Sequence record: OQ721911
From: Escherichia phage vB_VIPECOOM03
Strand: one strand, 5' to 3'
Length of the DNA: 64,000 nucleotides
Below the pieces are notes generated by a model. That model was not told the DNA's origin. It did not search any database and saw only the letters and a list, made by a program, of their open reading frames with translations. The stretch's first letter is position 1. Each line of letters begins with the position of its first letter. This document shows positions 10,149-21,163 of this stretch, in pieces. The position numbers and the translations under genes were made by a program.

Positions 10149-10898
10149 ATGGCAAACATTATTCGTTGTAAATTACCAGATGGTGTTCATCGTTTTAAAC
10201 CATTTACGGTAGAAGATTATCGAGATTTTTTGTTAGTTCGAAACGATATAGAACATCGGTCACCACAAGAACAAAAAGAAATAATTGCTGATTTAATTGC
10301 TGATTATTTTGGAGACTATCCGAAGACTTGGCAACCATTTATATTTTTGCAGGTATTTGTAGGGTCAATAGGTAAAACTAAAGTACCGGTCACATTTGTA
10401 TGTCCAAAATGTAAAAAAGAAAAGACAGTTCCATTTGAAATATATCAAAAAGAATTAAAGGAACCTGTTTTTGATGTAGCTAATGTTAAAATTAAATTAA
10501 AGTTTCCTTCTGAGTTTTATGAAAATAAAGCAAAGATGATTACTGAAAATATTCATTCTGTTCAAGTAGATGAAACATGGTATGATTGGAAGGAAATTAG
10601 CGAATCAAGTCAAATAGAACTTGTTGACGCCATCGAGATAGAAACATTAGAAAAAATTCTCGATGCAATGAATCCTATTAATTTAACATTGCACATGTCG
10701 TGTTGTAATAAGTATGTAAAAAAATACACTGATATAGTAGATGTGTTTAAGCTATTAGTTAACCCAGATGAGATATTTACTTTTTATCAAATTAATCACA
10801 CACTTGTAAAAAGTAATTATAGCTTAAATTCAATAATGAAAATGATTCCTGCCGAGCGCGGATTCGTATTAAAACTGATTGAGAAGGATAAACAATAA
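10149..10898 (+). CDS. 51: Baseplate hub assembly catalyst gp51
   Basis: 249-aa ORF with CxxC...CC Cys clusters, syntenic with T4 gene 51. Confidence 0.88.
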   Translation: MANIIRCKLPDGVHRFKPFTVEDYRDFLLVRNDIEHRSPQEQKEIIADLIADYFGDYPKTWQPFIFLQVFVGSIGKTKVPVTFVCPKCKKEKTVPFEIYQKELKEPVFDVANVKIKLKFPSEFYENKAKMITENIHSVQVDETWYDWKEISESSQIELVDAIEIETLEKILDAMNPINLTLHMSCCNKYVKKYTDIVDVFKLLVNPDEIFTFYQINHTLVKSNYSLNSIMKMIPAERGFVLKLIEKDKQ

Positions 10899-12073
10899 TG
10901 AGTATGTTGCAACGCCCTGGATATCCAAATCTCAGCGTTAAATTATTTGATAGCTACGACGCTTGGAGTAATAATAGATTTGTTGAATTAGCTGCTACTA
11001 TTACCACATTAACTATGCGGGATTCTCTTTATGGCCGAAATGAAGGAATGCTGCAGTTTTATGATTCTAAAAATATCCATACAAAAATGGATGGAAATGA
11101 AATAATTCAGATTTCTGTAGCTAATGCAAACGATATTAATAATGTTAAAACAAGAATTTATGGATGTAAGCATTTTTCCGTGTCAGTAGATTCAAAGGGT
11201 GATAACATCATTGCTATTGAATTGGGAACTATTCATTCTATAGAAAATCTTAAATTTGGCAGACCGTTTTTCCCTGATGCAGGTGAATCTATAAAGGAAA
11301 TGCTTGGCGTCATTTATCAAGATCGCACATTATTAACTCCAGCGATAAATGCTATAAATGCTTATGTTCCTGATATTCCATGGACTAGCACATTTGAAAA
11401 CTATTTGTCGTATGTCAGAGAAGTTGCTCTAGCTGTAGGAAGTGACAAATTTGTATTTGTATGGCAAGACATCATGGGAGTTAACATGATGGACTATGAT
11501 ATGATGATAAATCAAGAACCATATCCAATGATTGTCGGTGAGCCATCTTTAATAGGTCAATTCATCCAAGAATTAAAATATCCATTAGCATATGATTTCG
11601 TTTGGTTGACTAAATCGAATCCTCACAAACGTGACCCAATGAAAAACGCTACTATCTATGCGCATTCGTTTTTGGATTCTTCATTGCCAATGATTACTAC
11701 AGGAAAGGGAGAAAACTCTATTGTAGTGTCAAGGTCAGGTGCTTATTCTGAAATGACTTATAGGAATGGATATGAAGAAGCTATTCGTCTTCAAACTATG
11801 GCGCAATACGATGGCTATGCTAAATGTTCTACTGTCGGTAATTTTAACTTAACCCCTGGCGTTAAAATTATTTTTAATGATAGTAAAAACCAATTTAAAA
11901 CAGAATTTTACGTTGATGAAGTCATCCATGAATTATCCAATAATAATTCAGTAACTCATCTATATATGTTCACTAATGCAACGAAACTGGAAACAATAGA
12001 CCCAGTTAAGGTTAAAAATGAATTTAAATCTGATACTACCACTGAAGAAAATAGTTCTTCCAATAAGCAATAA
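10898..12073 (+). CDS. 27: Baseplate hub subunit gp27
   Basis: 391 aa, length and synteny match T4 gp27. Confidence 0.92.
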   Translation: MSMLQRPGYPNLSVKLFDSYDAWSNNRFVELAATITTLTMRDSLYGRNEGMLQFYDSKNIHTKMDGNEIIQISVANANDINNVKTRIYGCKHFSVSVDSKGDNIIAIELGTIHSIENLKFGRPFFPDAGESIKEMLGVIYQDRTLLTPAINAINAYVPDIPWTSTFENYLSYVREVALAVGSDKFVFVWQDIMGVNMMDYDMMINQEPYPMIVGEPSLIGQFIQELKYPLAYDFVWLTKSNPHKRDPMKNATIYAHSFLDSSLPMITTGKGENSIVVSRSGAYSEMTYRNGYEEAIRLQTMAQYDGYAKCSTVGNFNLTPGVKIIFNDSKNQFKTEFYVDEVIHELSNNNSVTHLYMFTNATKLETIDPVKVKNEFKSDTTTEENSSSNKQ

Positions 12074-12551
12074 AGAAGTTTCTATTCCTAAAATGGGTCT
12101 TAAACATTATAACATTTTAAAAGATGTTAAAGGTCCTGATGAAAATTTAAAACTTCTTATTGATTCTATTTGTCCAAATTTATCACCGGCAGAAGTTGAT
12201 TTCGTTTCTATTCATTTATTGGAATTTAATGGAAAGATTAAATCTCGTAAAGAAATAGATGGTTATACTTATGACATTAATGATGTTTATGTATGTCAAA
12301 GATTGGAATTTCAATACCAAGGAAATACATTTTATTTTAGACCGCCTGGAAAATTTGAACAATTTTTAACTGTGAGCGATATGTTATCCAAATGCTTGCT
12401 TAAGGTCAATGATGAAGTTAAAGAAATTAATTTTCTTGAGATGCCAGCATTCGTTTTAAAATGGGCAAATGATATTTTTACAACTTTAGCAATTCCTGGC
12501 CCTAATGGTCCAATAACCGGAATTGGCAATATTATTGGATTATTTGAATGA
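12018..12551 (+). CDS. 28: Baseplate hub distal subunit gp28
   Basis: 177 aa, overlaps the 3' end of gene 27 as in T4. Confidence 0.88.
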   Translation: MNLNLILPLKKIVLPISNKEVSIPKMGLKHYNILKDVKGPDENLKLLIDSICPNLSPAEVDFVSIHLLEFNGKIKSRKEIDGYTYDINDVYVCQRLEFQYQGNTFYFRPPGKFEQFLTVSDMLSKCLLKVNDEVKEINFLEMPAFVLKWANDIFTTLAIPGPNGPITGIGNIIGLFE

Positions 12552-14320
12552 AAAAGCCACAAGAAATGCAAACGATGCGTAGAAAAGTTATTTCAGATAA
12601 TAAACCAACACAGGAAGCGGCTAAATCCGCTTCCAACACTTTATCTGGACTTAACGATATATCTACGAAATTGGATGATGCTCAAGCTGCTTCTGAATTA
12701 ATTGCTCAAACTGTCGAAGAAAAATCGAATGAAATAATTGGAGCAATTGACAACGTAGAAAACGCAGTGAGTGATACTACTGCCGGTTCTGAGTTAATTG
12801 CTGAAACTGTTGAAATTGGCAACAATATTAATAAAGAAATCGGTGAATCGCTCGGGAGTAAATTAGATAAATTAACGAGTTTATTAGAGCAAAAAATTCA
12901 GACAGCCGGAATTCAACAAACAGGAACTAGTTTAGCTACGGTTGAAAGCGCTATTCCTGTTAAAGTTGTTGAGGACGATACAGCTGAATCTGTGGGTCCT
13001 TTATTACCGGCTCCTGAAGCAGTTAATAATGATCCTGACGCTGATTTTTTCCCTACCCCTCAGCCAGTTGAACCCAAACAAGAATCACCAGAAGAAAAAC
13101 AGAAAAAAGAAGCATTTAACTTAAAATTATCTCAAGCTTTAGATAAATTAACAAAGACGGTTGATTTTGGATTTAAGAAATCCATTTCAATTACTGATAA
13201 AATATCAAGCATGTTATTTAAGTATACCGTCAGTGCTGCTATTGAAGCTGCTAAAATGACTGCAATGATATTGGCTGTTGTTGTCGGAATAGACTTGTTG
13301 ATGGTTCATTTCAAATATTGGTCAGATAAATTTTCACAGGCTTGGGATTTGTTTAGTACAGACTTTACTAAATTCTCTAGCGAAACCGGAACATGGGGTC
13401 CTTTATTACAGAGCATCTTTAGTTCTATTGATGAAATTAAAAAATTCTGGGAAGAGGGAGATTGGGGCGGTTTGACGGTAGCTATTGTAGAAGGGCTTGG
13501 AAAGGTTCTTTATAATTTAGGAGAACTTATTCAGCTTGGAATGGCTAAATTATCTGCGGCAATTCTTCGAGTTATTCCTGGTATGAAGGATACTGCTGAT
13601 GAAGTAGAAGGAAGAGCACTAGAAAATTTCCAAAATTCTACTGGAGCATCTCTCAATAAAGAAGACCAGGAAAAAGTTGCAAATTATCAAGATAAACGAA
13701 TGAACGGAGACCTTGGTCCGATAGCAAAAGGATTAGATAAAATTGCGAACTGGAAAACTCGTGCATCTAACTGGATTCGTGGCGTTGATAATAAAGAAGC
13801 ACTAACTACTGACGAAGAACGTGCAGCAGAAGAAGAAAAATTAAAGCAACTTTCACCAGAAGAAAGAAAAAATGCTTTAATGAAGGCTAATGAAGCCCGT
13901 GCCGCGATGATTCGTTTTGAAAAATATGCTGATTCGGCTGATATGAGTAAAGACTCAACAGTTAAATCAGTTGAAGCTGCCTATGAAGACCTTAAAAAAC
14001 GGATGGATGACCCAGATTTAAATAATTCACCGGCAGTTAAAAAAGAACTTGCTGCTAGATTTTCTAAAATTGATGCTACATATCAAGAGCTCAAGAAAAA
14101 TCAGCCTAATGCCAAACCTGAAACTTCTGCTAAATCGCCAGAAGCAAAACAAGTCCAGGTAATAGAAAAGAACAAAGCACAGCAAGCTCCTGTTCAACAA
14201 GCATCTCCTTCGATCAATAATACTAATAATGTTATTAAGAAAAATACTGTCGTTCATAATATGACACCCGTAACGAGCACGACTGCTCCTGGTGTATTTG
14301 ATGCGACTGGAGTTAATTAA
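12548..14320 (+). CDS. 29: Baseplate hub / tail length determinator gp29
   Basis: 590 aa, ATGA overlap with gene 28; coiled-coil-rich tape-measure-like composition. Confidence 0.92.
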   Translation: MKKPQEMQTMRRKVISDNKPTQEAAKSASNTLSGLNDISTKLDDAQAASELIAQTVEEKSNEIIGAIDNVENAVSDTTAGSELIAETVEIGNNINKEIGESLGSKLDKLTSLLEQKIQTAGIQQTGTSLATVESAIPVKVVEDDTAESVGPLLPAPEAVNNDPDADFFPTPQPVEPKQESPEEKQKKEAFNLKLSQALDKLTKTVDFGFKKSISITDKISSMLFKYTVSAAIEAAKMTAMILAVVVGIDLLMVHFKYWSDKFSQAWDLFSTDFTKFSSETGTWGPLLQSIFSSIDEIKKFWEEGDWGGLTVAIVEGLGKVLYNLGELIQLGMAKLSAAILRVIPGMKDTADEVEGRALENFQNSTGASLNKEDQEKVANYQDKRMNGDLGPIAKGLDKIANWKTRASNWIRGVDNKEALTTDEERAAEEEKLKQLSPEERKNALMKANEARAAMIRFEKYADSADMSKDSTVKSVEAAYEDLKKRMDDPDLNNSPAVKKELAARFSKIDATYQELKKNQPNAKPETSAKSPEAKQVQVIEKNKAQQAPVQQASPSINNTNNVIKKNTVVHNMTPVTSTTAPGVFDATGVN

Positions 14321-14328
14321 GGAATAAT

Positions 14329-15423
14329 ATGGCAATTGTTAAAGAAATAACTGCTGATTTAATTAAAAAGTCCGGTGAGAAAATTTCAGCCGGACAGAGT
14401 ACTAAATCAGAAGTAGCAACTAAAACATACACTGCCCAGTTTCCAACTGGGCGTGCTAGTGGTAATGACACTACAGGGGACTTCCAGGTAACAGATCTAT
14501 ATAAGAATGGATTATTATTTACTGCATACAATATGTCATCTAGGGATTCTGGAAGTCTTAGATCGATGAGATCTAACTACTCTTCTTCATCTTCGAGTAT
14601 TTTACGTACAGCCAGAAACACTATCAGTAATACAGTATCAAAACTGTCAAATGGATTAATATCAGATAATAATTCAGGAACAATAAGTAAAGCACCTGTT
14701 GCAAATATTCTTTTACCAAGATCTAAATCCGATGTTGATACATCATCACATAGATTTAATGATGTTCAAGAAAGTCTTATCAGTAGAGGCGGAGGTACTG
14801 CTACTGGTGTGTTAAGTAATATTGCTTCAACTGCAGTATTTGGGGCACTGGAAAGTATAACGCAAGGTATAATGGCTGATAATAATGAACAGATTTATAC
14901 GACAGCCAGAAGTATGTATGGCGGTGCTGAGAATAGAACTAAAGTGTTTACATGGGATTTGACGCCACGTTCAACAGAAGATTTGATGGCTATTATTAAT
15001 ATCTATCAATATTTTAACTATTTTTCTTATGGTGAAACGGGCAAATCTCAATATGCTGCTGAAATAAAGGGGTATTTAGATGATTGGTATCGTTCTACAT
15101 TAATTGAACCTTTATCTCCGGAAGACGCAGCTAAAAATAAAACACTATTTGAGAAAATGACATCGAGTTTAACTAACGTTCTAGTAGTTTCAAACCCGAC
15201 AATTTGGATGGTGAAAAACTTTGGTGCAACATCTAAGTTTGATGGAAAAACGGAAATATTTGGCCCATGCCAAATACAGAGCATCAGATTTGATAAAACA
15301 CCTAATGGTAACTTTAACGGATTAGCTATTGCTCCAAACCTCCCTAGTACATTTACTCTTGAGATTACTATGAGAGAAATTATCACGTTAAACCGTGCTT
15401 CTTTATATGCGGGGACTTTTTAA
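14329..15423 (+). CDS. 48: Baseplate tail tube cap gp48
   Basis: 364 aa, matches T4 gp48 in length and position. Confidence 0.92.
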   Translation: MAIVKEITADLIKKSGEKISAGQSTKSEVATKTYTAQFPTGRASGNDTTGDFQVTDLYKNGLLFTAYNMSSRDSGSLRSMRSNYSSSSSSILRTARNTISNTVSKLSNGLISDNNSGTISKAPVANILLPRSKSDVDTSSHRFNDVQESLISRGGGTATGVLSNIASTAVFGALESITQGIMADNNEQIYTTARSMYGGAENRTKVFTWDLTPRSTEDLMAIINIYQYFNYFSYGETGKSQYAAEIKGYLDDWYRSTLIEPLSPEDAAKNKTLFEKMTSSLTNVLVVSNPTIWMVKNFGATSKFDGKTEIFGPCQIQSIRFDKTPNGNFNGLAIAPNLPSTFTLEITMREIITLNRASLYAGTF

Positions 15424-16388
15424 TGTATTCTTTAGAGGAATTTAATAATCAAGCAATAAACGCAGATTTCCAACGTAATAATATGTTTAGCTGCGTTTTT
15501 GCGACAACTCCATCAACTAAAAGCTCTTCGTTGATAAGTTCAATTAGCAACTTTTCTTATAATAACTTGGGTCTAAATTCAGATTGGTTAGGATTGACTC
15601 AAGGCGATATTAATCAGGGAATTACCACGCTAATTACCGCTGGCACACAAAAACTGATAAGAAAATCAGGGGTTAGTAAATATCTTATTGGTGCCATGAG
15701 TCAACGTACAGTTCAAAGTTTATTGGGCTCATTTACAGTTGGTACATATTTAATCGACTTCTTTAATATGGCATATAACTCATCTGGATTGATGATATAT
15801 TCCGTAAAAATGCCAGAGAATAGATTATCCTATGAAACTGACTGGAACTATAATTCTCCTAATATTCGTATAACTGGGAGAGAATTAGACCCTTTGGTTA
15901 TTTCATTTAGGATGGATTCAGAAGCTTGTAACTATCGTGCAATGCAAGACTGGGTTAACGCTGTTCAAGACCCAGTAACTGGACTGCGTGCTTTGCCGCA
16001 AGATGTCGAGGCAGATATTCAGGTTAATCTTCATGCTCGTAATGGATTACCTCATACTGCTGTGATGTTCACCGGATGCATTCCAGTGTCAGTGAGTGCT
16101 CCTGAGTTATCATATGATGGAGATAACCAAATAACTACATTTGATGTTACTTTTGCGTATAGAGTCATGCAGGCTGGGTCGGTTGATAGACAAGCTGCGC
16201 TTGAGTGGCTTGAATCTGCTGCTATAAATGGCATCCAAAGCGTTCTCGGAAATAGCGGAGGCGTTACTGGATTATCTAATTCGCTTTCACGACTTAGTAG
16301 ATTAGGAGGAACTGCGGGAAGCATTTCAAACATTAGTACTATGACGGGAATTGTCAATTCGCAAAGTAAAATATTAGGAGCAATATAA
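15423..16388 (+). CDS. 54: Baseplate tail tube initiator gp54
   Basis: 321 aa, MYSLEEFNNQAINADFQRNNMFSCVFATTP matches T4 gp54. Confidence 0.92.
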   Translation: MYSLEEFNNQAINADFQRNNMFSCVFATTPSTKSSSLISSISNFSYNNLGLNSDWLGLTQGDINQGITTLITAGTQKLIRKSGVSKYLIGAMSQRTVQSLLGSFTVGTYLIDFFNMAYNSSGLMIYSVKMPENRLSYETDWNYNSPNIRITGRELDPLVISFRMDSEACNYRAMQDWVNAVQDPVTGLRALPQDVEADIQVNLHARNGLPHTAVMFTGCIPVSVSAPELSYDGDNQITTFDVTFAYRVMQAGSVDRQAALEWLESAAINGIQSVLGNSGGVTGLSNSLSRLSRLGGTAGSISNISTMTGIVNSQSKILGAI

Positions 16389-16392
16389 CAAT

Positions 16393-16410
16393 GGGGACCG
16401 AAAGGTCCCC
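16393..16410. terminator. Bidirectional hairpin GGGGACC-GAAA-GGTCCCC between gene 54 and the convergent - strand ORF
   Basis: Perfect 7-bp stem followed by a T-run. Confidence 0.6.
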
Positions 16411-16416
16411 ATATTT

Positions 16417-16707
16417 TTATTTGCGGAATGAAATAAAAGCAGCAACTGAAGCAACTAAACTGTCTTCAATATAAACTTCAATTTTTACCGGAGCTTCTGA
16501 TTCAAATTTACCTGTTACTACACCTTGGAAAATGCTTTCAGTCTGTTCTGGCTTTGAAAAATTTTCAGAAGGAAAAATTCCGAACTTTTTATCTGTTCCA
16601 AAAATTTTGATAAATTCATCATAAACTGCTTCATTAAAAGCATTATCAGCAGGAATAACGCCTTCAACTACAAGTTCTTGACCTAAAAAGCGCAAAGAAG
16701 ATTTCAT
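16417..16707 (-). CDS. Hypothetical protein (alt.-3 position)
   Basis: 96-aa ORF preceded by GAGGA and an early promoter-like element. Confidence 0.6.
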   Translation of the reverse strand: MKSSLRFLGQELVVEGVIPADNAFNEAVYDEFIKIFGTDKKFGIFPSENFSKPEQTESIFQGVVTGKFESEAPVKIEVYIEDSLVASVAAFISFRK

Positions 16708-16768
16708 TTTGTGTTCCTCATGTTATGTAAGTAAAATTACTATAACACAACACGAGGGACTTGTAAAC
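16708..16768 (-). promoter_or_regulatory. Early promoter-like element with leader (GTTTACA -35, TATAGT -10, GAGGA SD)
   Basis: - strand reads GTTTACAAGTCCCTCGTGTTGTGTTATAGTAATTTTACTTACATAACATGAGGAACACAAAATG; about 55 bp are nearly identical to the element upstream of alc at 32478-32535. Confidence 0.6.
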
Positions 16769-18825
16769 TACATTTTGAACTTTTTAGACATTCCGTTGAT
16801 GTTAACCAAAGAAGCCAAGATTTGAGAAACTTCGTTTTCCTCTTCTTTTGATTCTTCTACAAGGAATTGATTAAATCCAGCCATTGGACGAACTTCACCA
16901 GTTTCCATCAGATGGTCGCCATCATATACCGATTCTTCTAATTGTTCAGAAGGAGGAACGATTGTGCCTTCGACTAGATACTTATTATAAGCAGTTTCTT
17001 TCATCATGTACGTACTCACTTTATTAATCTTCAGTAGAATTCCACGTGGTAGAATAATTTCAGCTTCTGATGGAAATCCTGATAAATGACCTGGAACGAT
17101 AACTTTGATTCGCTCAGCTCCTTTAATTACCATACCAACGCTAGTTTCAGCATCTTCATTCGCATAAGCAGAGCGACTGCCCATATGCATCAAATCTTCT
17201 GCGTCAACTGAACCTTCTCCTTCACCAGAAAATACTGCACCGGAATCATCTAGAGCCATATAGTTTTTACCATACTCACCGAAGATATTTGGTTTAAGCG
17301 ATGTGGATACGAAGTTCTTGAAATAAAACATTTTATTTTCAATATTATGGCGTAAAGTTTTGAAAGTAACTTCTTGTCCACGGTAAAGTGTAGTTCCTGG
17401 AGGAAGAACTGAACCTTTAGCAAAGGCAGAATCCATTGTCTCGATGTGTTTAATAGCTCGTTCCATATATTCTTCACGGGTAGAATCTGGTTTACCTAAA
17501 AGGAACGAGTTCATTTCAACATATGAATCTGCACAATAATCTTCAATTACATCAGATTCAGCTTGAGTCAGTCCTTTTGGAGTTACTTCGGTGCTTGCGT
17601 ATTCATATGCCTGGGCGGCAGATTCATTAATCAATTTATAAATGCCATTCATGACAAATTGAATAATAGCTACCTTTTCATCTGGCGTGGCTTTAGAACC
17701 TTTAACTAAATCATTAACAATTTTCTTAATAACATCAAAGCTGTTAGAAATATTAATATCAGAAAGATCACTTAAAATTTTATCAGTTTTATAATCAAAA
17801 AATTCTTTATTCTTTAAATATTCTTGAGAACCTTGATATGTTATATCGCTCTGTAATTTAATAGATGGATCACGTAAACGTGCATGAGCCAATGCAATAT
17901 GATTTCGGAAGCTTTCTAGTTCATAATCGTTAGATTTAAAACGAGAAGCGCTTCTCATACCACCTATAGCTCCTTTGCTGAAGTTTGAACCAATTTGAAT
18001 AACGCCAGAGTTCATTGATCCTTCTGCTTTATATACCGGAACTTTAGATTCAAACTCTTGATATTTCTTAGCAGCGAAGCTATCGCCCTGAAGTGAAGCA
18101 TCAACAGTAGAATATTGAGCTTGTGCTGCTAATCGACGACTAATTTTAGTTTTCTGAATAACAGCTTGATCCGTGCGCTTATCATTTTCTAAAGCAATAG
18201 AAGCAGCAACAGCAACAGCTTTAGGAACAGCATTACCCGTTTTAACGTCTACATAAACATCACCAACCTTTGATTCAACTTTTGTGAATAACTCAGTTGA
18301 AATAGGAGGTACACCTGGAATGTCTTCTAAATTGGCATTTTTACGGTAAACCATAATATATGCATACTTTTTATCGTAATCCCAGATTTCCTTTAAAAGA
18401 ACATATCGACCTGCTCCTTTAGTACGTACTAAACGGTCGGCAATAACTTGCATTTGACGAGCTGCGCCGTTTGTTTTACTCTTTAGTACGCGGAATAAGC
18501 ATGCATCAATTTTATACTGTTTCATTGTTTGAAGAGCAGTATCAAAAACCGCATTAATGACACCAATTGGGTTTCCACCCAAGTTTTTAAGTTTAACTAA
18601 TGATAGTTTTTCATTGACACCTATCATTACGATATGCATCATTTTATCGCCTGGCTTAACGTTTTTATTTGTATCACCACCAGAGGTGTATGTACAAAAT
18701 CTAAATCCAGGAAGCACACTTTCTTCACCGGCTTGAATAGCAAAAATTTGAGGTATTTTATGCTTAGGATTTAAGTTAACAACCGGCGCCGAAGCGCCGT
18801 CAAATAATTCTGTAATAAGTTCCAT
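16768..18825 (-). CDS. Alt-like ADP-ribosyltransferase paralog (685 aa)
   Basis: N-terminus MELITELFDGASAPVVNLNPKHKIPQIF parallels Alt; retains R (LYRGQ), STS (FVSTSL) and ExE (SEAEIILPRG) motifs and the shared C-terminal YDGDHLMETGE. Confidence 0.85.
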   Translation of the reverse strand: MELITELFDGASAPVVNLNPKHKIPQIFAIQAGEESVLPGFRFCTYTSGGDTNKNVKPGDKMMHIVMIGVNEKLSLVKLKNLGGNPIGVINAVFDTALQTMKQYKIDACLFRVLKSKTNGAARQMQVIADRLVRTKGAGRYVLLKEIWDYDKKYAYIMVYRKNANLEDIPGVPPISTELFTKVESKVGDVYVDVKTGNAVPKAVAVAASIALENDKRTDQAVIQKTKISRRLAAQAQYSTVDASLQGDSFAAKKYQEFESKVPVYKAEGSMNSGVIQIGSNFSKGAIGGMRSASRFKSNDYELESFRNHIALAHARLRDPSIKLQSDITYQGSQEYLKNKEFFDYKTDKILSDLSDINISNSFDVIKKIVNDLVKGSKATPDEKVAIIQFVMNGIYKLINESAAQAYEYASTEVTPKGLTQAESDVIEDYCADSYVEMNSFLLGKPDSTREEYMERAIKHIETMDSAFAKGSVLPPGTTLYRGQEVTFKTLRHNIENKMFYFKNFVSTSLKPNIFGEYGKNYMALDDSGAVFSGEGEGSVDAEDLMHMGSRSAYANEDAETSVGMVIKGAERIKVIVPGHLSGFPSEAEIILPRGILLKINKVSTYMMKETAYNKYLVEGTIVPPSEQLEESVYDGDHLMETGEVRPMAGFNQFLVEESKEEENEVSQILASLVNINGMSKKFKM

Positions 18826-18828
18826 GAT

Positions 18829-20922
18829 TTATCCTTGAACGAACTTGTAAGGCATGTTTGTAATATCTATGCAAGACGCAATAATTCCAAGAGATGATTC
18901 TGCTTTCTGTTTAACATTTGATGAAACAAATGATGCAAAGTCAACTCTGTCTTCTATTTCAATATCACCTGTCATTGCAACCAATTCACCAGTTTCCATT
19001 AAATGGTCTCCATCATAGATTACCGATTCGGTGAGTTCTTCCGTAGTCATAACTTCAGCTTGAATGAGTTTTGTATTATTAGATGTTGTTCCGTCATTAT
19101 TGGAAGCATCAGTTATTTTATTAACTTTGACCATCAATCCGCGTGGTAAAATAACTTCAGCTTCAGTTGCTATTCCGAGACTTCCTGGATATACAACATT
19201 AACTTTATGAGCTCCATCAATTGCCCATCCTATTTGAACTTTAACGTATTCAGGATTTTCTTTATACGCTCTTATTTCGTTTGGATTAATAGTTATTCCT
19301 TCTTCATTTTTATCAACTGTTAATTCATTGCGAGCTTCTGGTTCTAAAAGACCAATACCAGCATGCGTAATTCCAAAACGTCCAAAAATGATAGGAGTTA
19401 AAGAAGTAGATACAAAATTTCTGAAATAGAACACTTTATTTTTAACTAGTGCTTCGTATATAGGAGCAGTCATACTTTGAGCACGATAAACTGTAATGCC
19501 TTCTGGTATACGGTCACCATTTTCAAAGGCTGAATCTAAATTATTTATCGCAGATTCAATTTCTTTTTCACTCATTACATCATATCGTTCTGGATTATAG
19601 CGTCCTAAAAGAAGATTATTGATGTCAGTATATCCTGATCCACAATACTCTCTAATGCCGCGCTTTTGCGATGGAGTATATTTAGAACCATCACGGGCAA
19701 TAGTAATATCAATCATTGGACCTGCACCAATTCCAGAAAAGCTATAAATCATTCGTTTGAGGAATTTAGTTTTTGCTGCGTTCCAGGAATTTTTAGTTAT
19801 TTCTTCCCAGACTTCATCTGGCTGTCCTTTACGGGTTTTATTATGTTTATCAAGCCAAGTATCTTTATATTCTTCAAAGAATTTATTAATAGCTGCTGCA
19901 TACTTCTCTAAACATTTTATTGAAGTAGTTGGTTCATTTTTGATCGCGTTAAAAATTACATCTTTAATTTTTTCAGAAACTTCATTAACCTCACTTTTTG
20001 AAAAGAATTTATAGTCATAGTGAAGTTCATCTGCAGTCCCTTCGGCAATAATTTTTGCTGCCTTAGTTTTAGAAGCTAATGAATTAATTCCAAGTTTCAT
20101 TTCTTCCGCTTCGGGAATTAAAGGAGCTGTAGCAGGTTTATTGAAATTAGCTGCAGTAGATTCATACTTCTGGAATAATTCACTTTCAAATCTAGAAGAT
20201 TCCAATGACTGACTTTGTGCAATTGCTCTACGGGAAATTTTAACTTTAACTATTACAGCTTGGTCAGAACGTTTATCGTTTTCTTGCGCAATAGATGCTG
20301 CAATTGCCTCATTTTTAGTTACTTGAGCTCCAGTATCTTTATTGATATAAACATCGCCGACCTTCGATTCAACTTTAGTAAAGAGCTCGGTACTAATTTC
20401 TGGAACTCCTGGAATGTCTTCTAGTGATACATTTTTGCGATGTATAAGAATATATGCATACTTTTTATCGTAATCCCAGAGTTCCTTAAGAAGGACGTAT
20501 CTGCCACCTGAACGACTACGGATAAGTCTATCAGCAATAACTTGAATTTGTCGAGCTTGACCAGCAGTTTTAGACTTAAGAATACGGAGCATACAGGCAT
20601 CAATTTTATACTGACGCATCGTCTGCATTGCAACAGTAAAAACTGAATTGATATAATTAATTGGGCTTGGACCGAGACCTTTTAATTTAGCAATTGAACC
20701 TTTAGCAGTTAATGTAAAAGGAACAATATGCATCATTTTATCGCCCATTTTTAAATCGCGATTAGTATCACCTCCAGATGTATAGGTACATAAACGAAAG
20801 CCTGGTTGTTCAATTGCGTCATCAACATGAACTGAAAAAATTTGCGGTATTTTCTTCTTTGGATTTAAGTTTGTAATCGGAAGAGTAGTATCTTCGTCAA
20901 ATAATTCTGTAATGAGTTCCAT
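18829..20922 (-). CDS. alt: Alt ADP-ribosyltransferase (packaged internal protein)
   Basis: MELITELFDEDTTLPITNLNPKKKIPQIFSVHVDD matches T4 Alt; R (VYRAQ), STS (FVSTSL) and ExE (TEAEVILPRG) present; start placed at the second ATG with better SD spacing. Confidence 0.9.
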   Translation of the reverse strand: MELITELFDEDTTLPITNLNPKKKIPQIFSVHVDDAIEQPGFRLCTYTSGGDTNRDLKMGDKMMHIVPFTLTAKGSIAKLKGLGPSPINYINSVFTVAMQTMRQYKIDACMLRILKSKTAGQARQIQVIADRLIRSRSGGRYVLLKELWDYDKKYAYILIHRKNVSLEDIPGVPEISTELFTKVESKVGDVYINKDTGAQVTKNEAIAASIAQENDKRSDQAVIVKVKISRRAIAQSQSLESSRFESELFQKYESTAANFNKPATAPLIPEAEEMKLGINSLASKTKAAKIIAEGTADELHYDYKFFSKSEVNEVSEKIKDVIFNAIKNEPTTSIKCLEKYAAAINKFFEEYKDTWLDKHNKTRKGQPDEVWEEITKNSWNAAKTKFLKRMIYSFSGIGAGPMIDITIARDGSKYTPSQKRGIREYCGSGYTDINNLLLGRYNPERYDVMSEKEIESAINNLDSAFENGDRIPEGITVYRAQSMTAPIYEALVKNKVFYFRNFVSTSLTPIIFGRFGITHAGIGLLEPEARNELTVDKNEEGITINPNEIRAYKENPEYVKVQIGWAIDGAHKVNVVYPGSLGIATEAEVILPRGLMVKVNKITDASNNDGTTSNNTKLIQAEVMTTEELTESVIYDGDHLMETGELVAMTGDIEIEDRVDFASFVSSNVKQKAESSLGIIASCIDITNMPYKFVQG

Positions 20923-20945
20923 CATATCCTCTCTAGTGTTTATTC

Positions 20946-20953
20946 TATTTATA
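20946..20953 (-). promoter_or_regulatory. Late promoter TATAAATA for alt
   Basis: TATAAATA on the - strand 24 bp upstream of the alt ATG. Confidence 0.65.
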
Positions 20954-20961
20954 AAATTAAA

Positions 20962-20973
20962 GGCCCGAAGGCC
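20962..20973 (-). terminator. Hairpin GGCC-UUCG-GGCC after the upstream early transcription unit
   Basis: Stem-loop followed by UUUAAUUUU on the - strand, just upstream of the alt late promoter. Confidence 0.5.
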
Positions 20974-20974
20974 T

Positions 20975-21163
20975 TTAATAATCTAGTGGTAAGAGAGTAC
21001 GGTATATTTCAAACTTCGGACCTTTTTCATAGGCATCAAATGTTTCTGTAAATTTATTATAAGCATATGCATCTACAAATTCAAGAACGATTTGTGATAC
21101 AGAAGTAGAAACATCTCCACCTTCTTTTTGAGCCACGACAATTGTTTCTAAGTAAGCTTTCAT
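20975..21163 (-). CDS. Hypothetical small protein
   Basis: 62-aa ORF whose start overlaps the gene 30 stop (ATGA). Confidence 0.5.
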   Translation of the reverse strand: MKAYLETIVVAQKEGGDVSTSVSQIVLEFVDAYAYNKFTETFDAYEKGPKFEIYRTLLPLDY

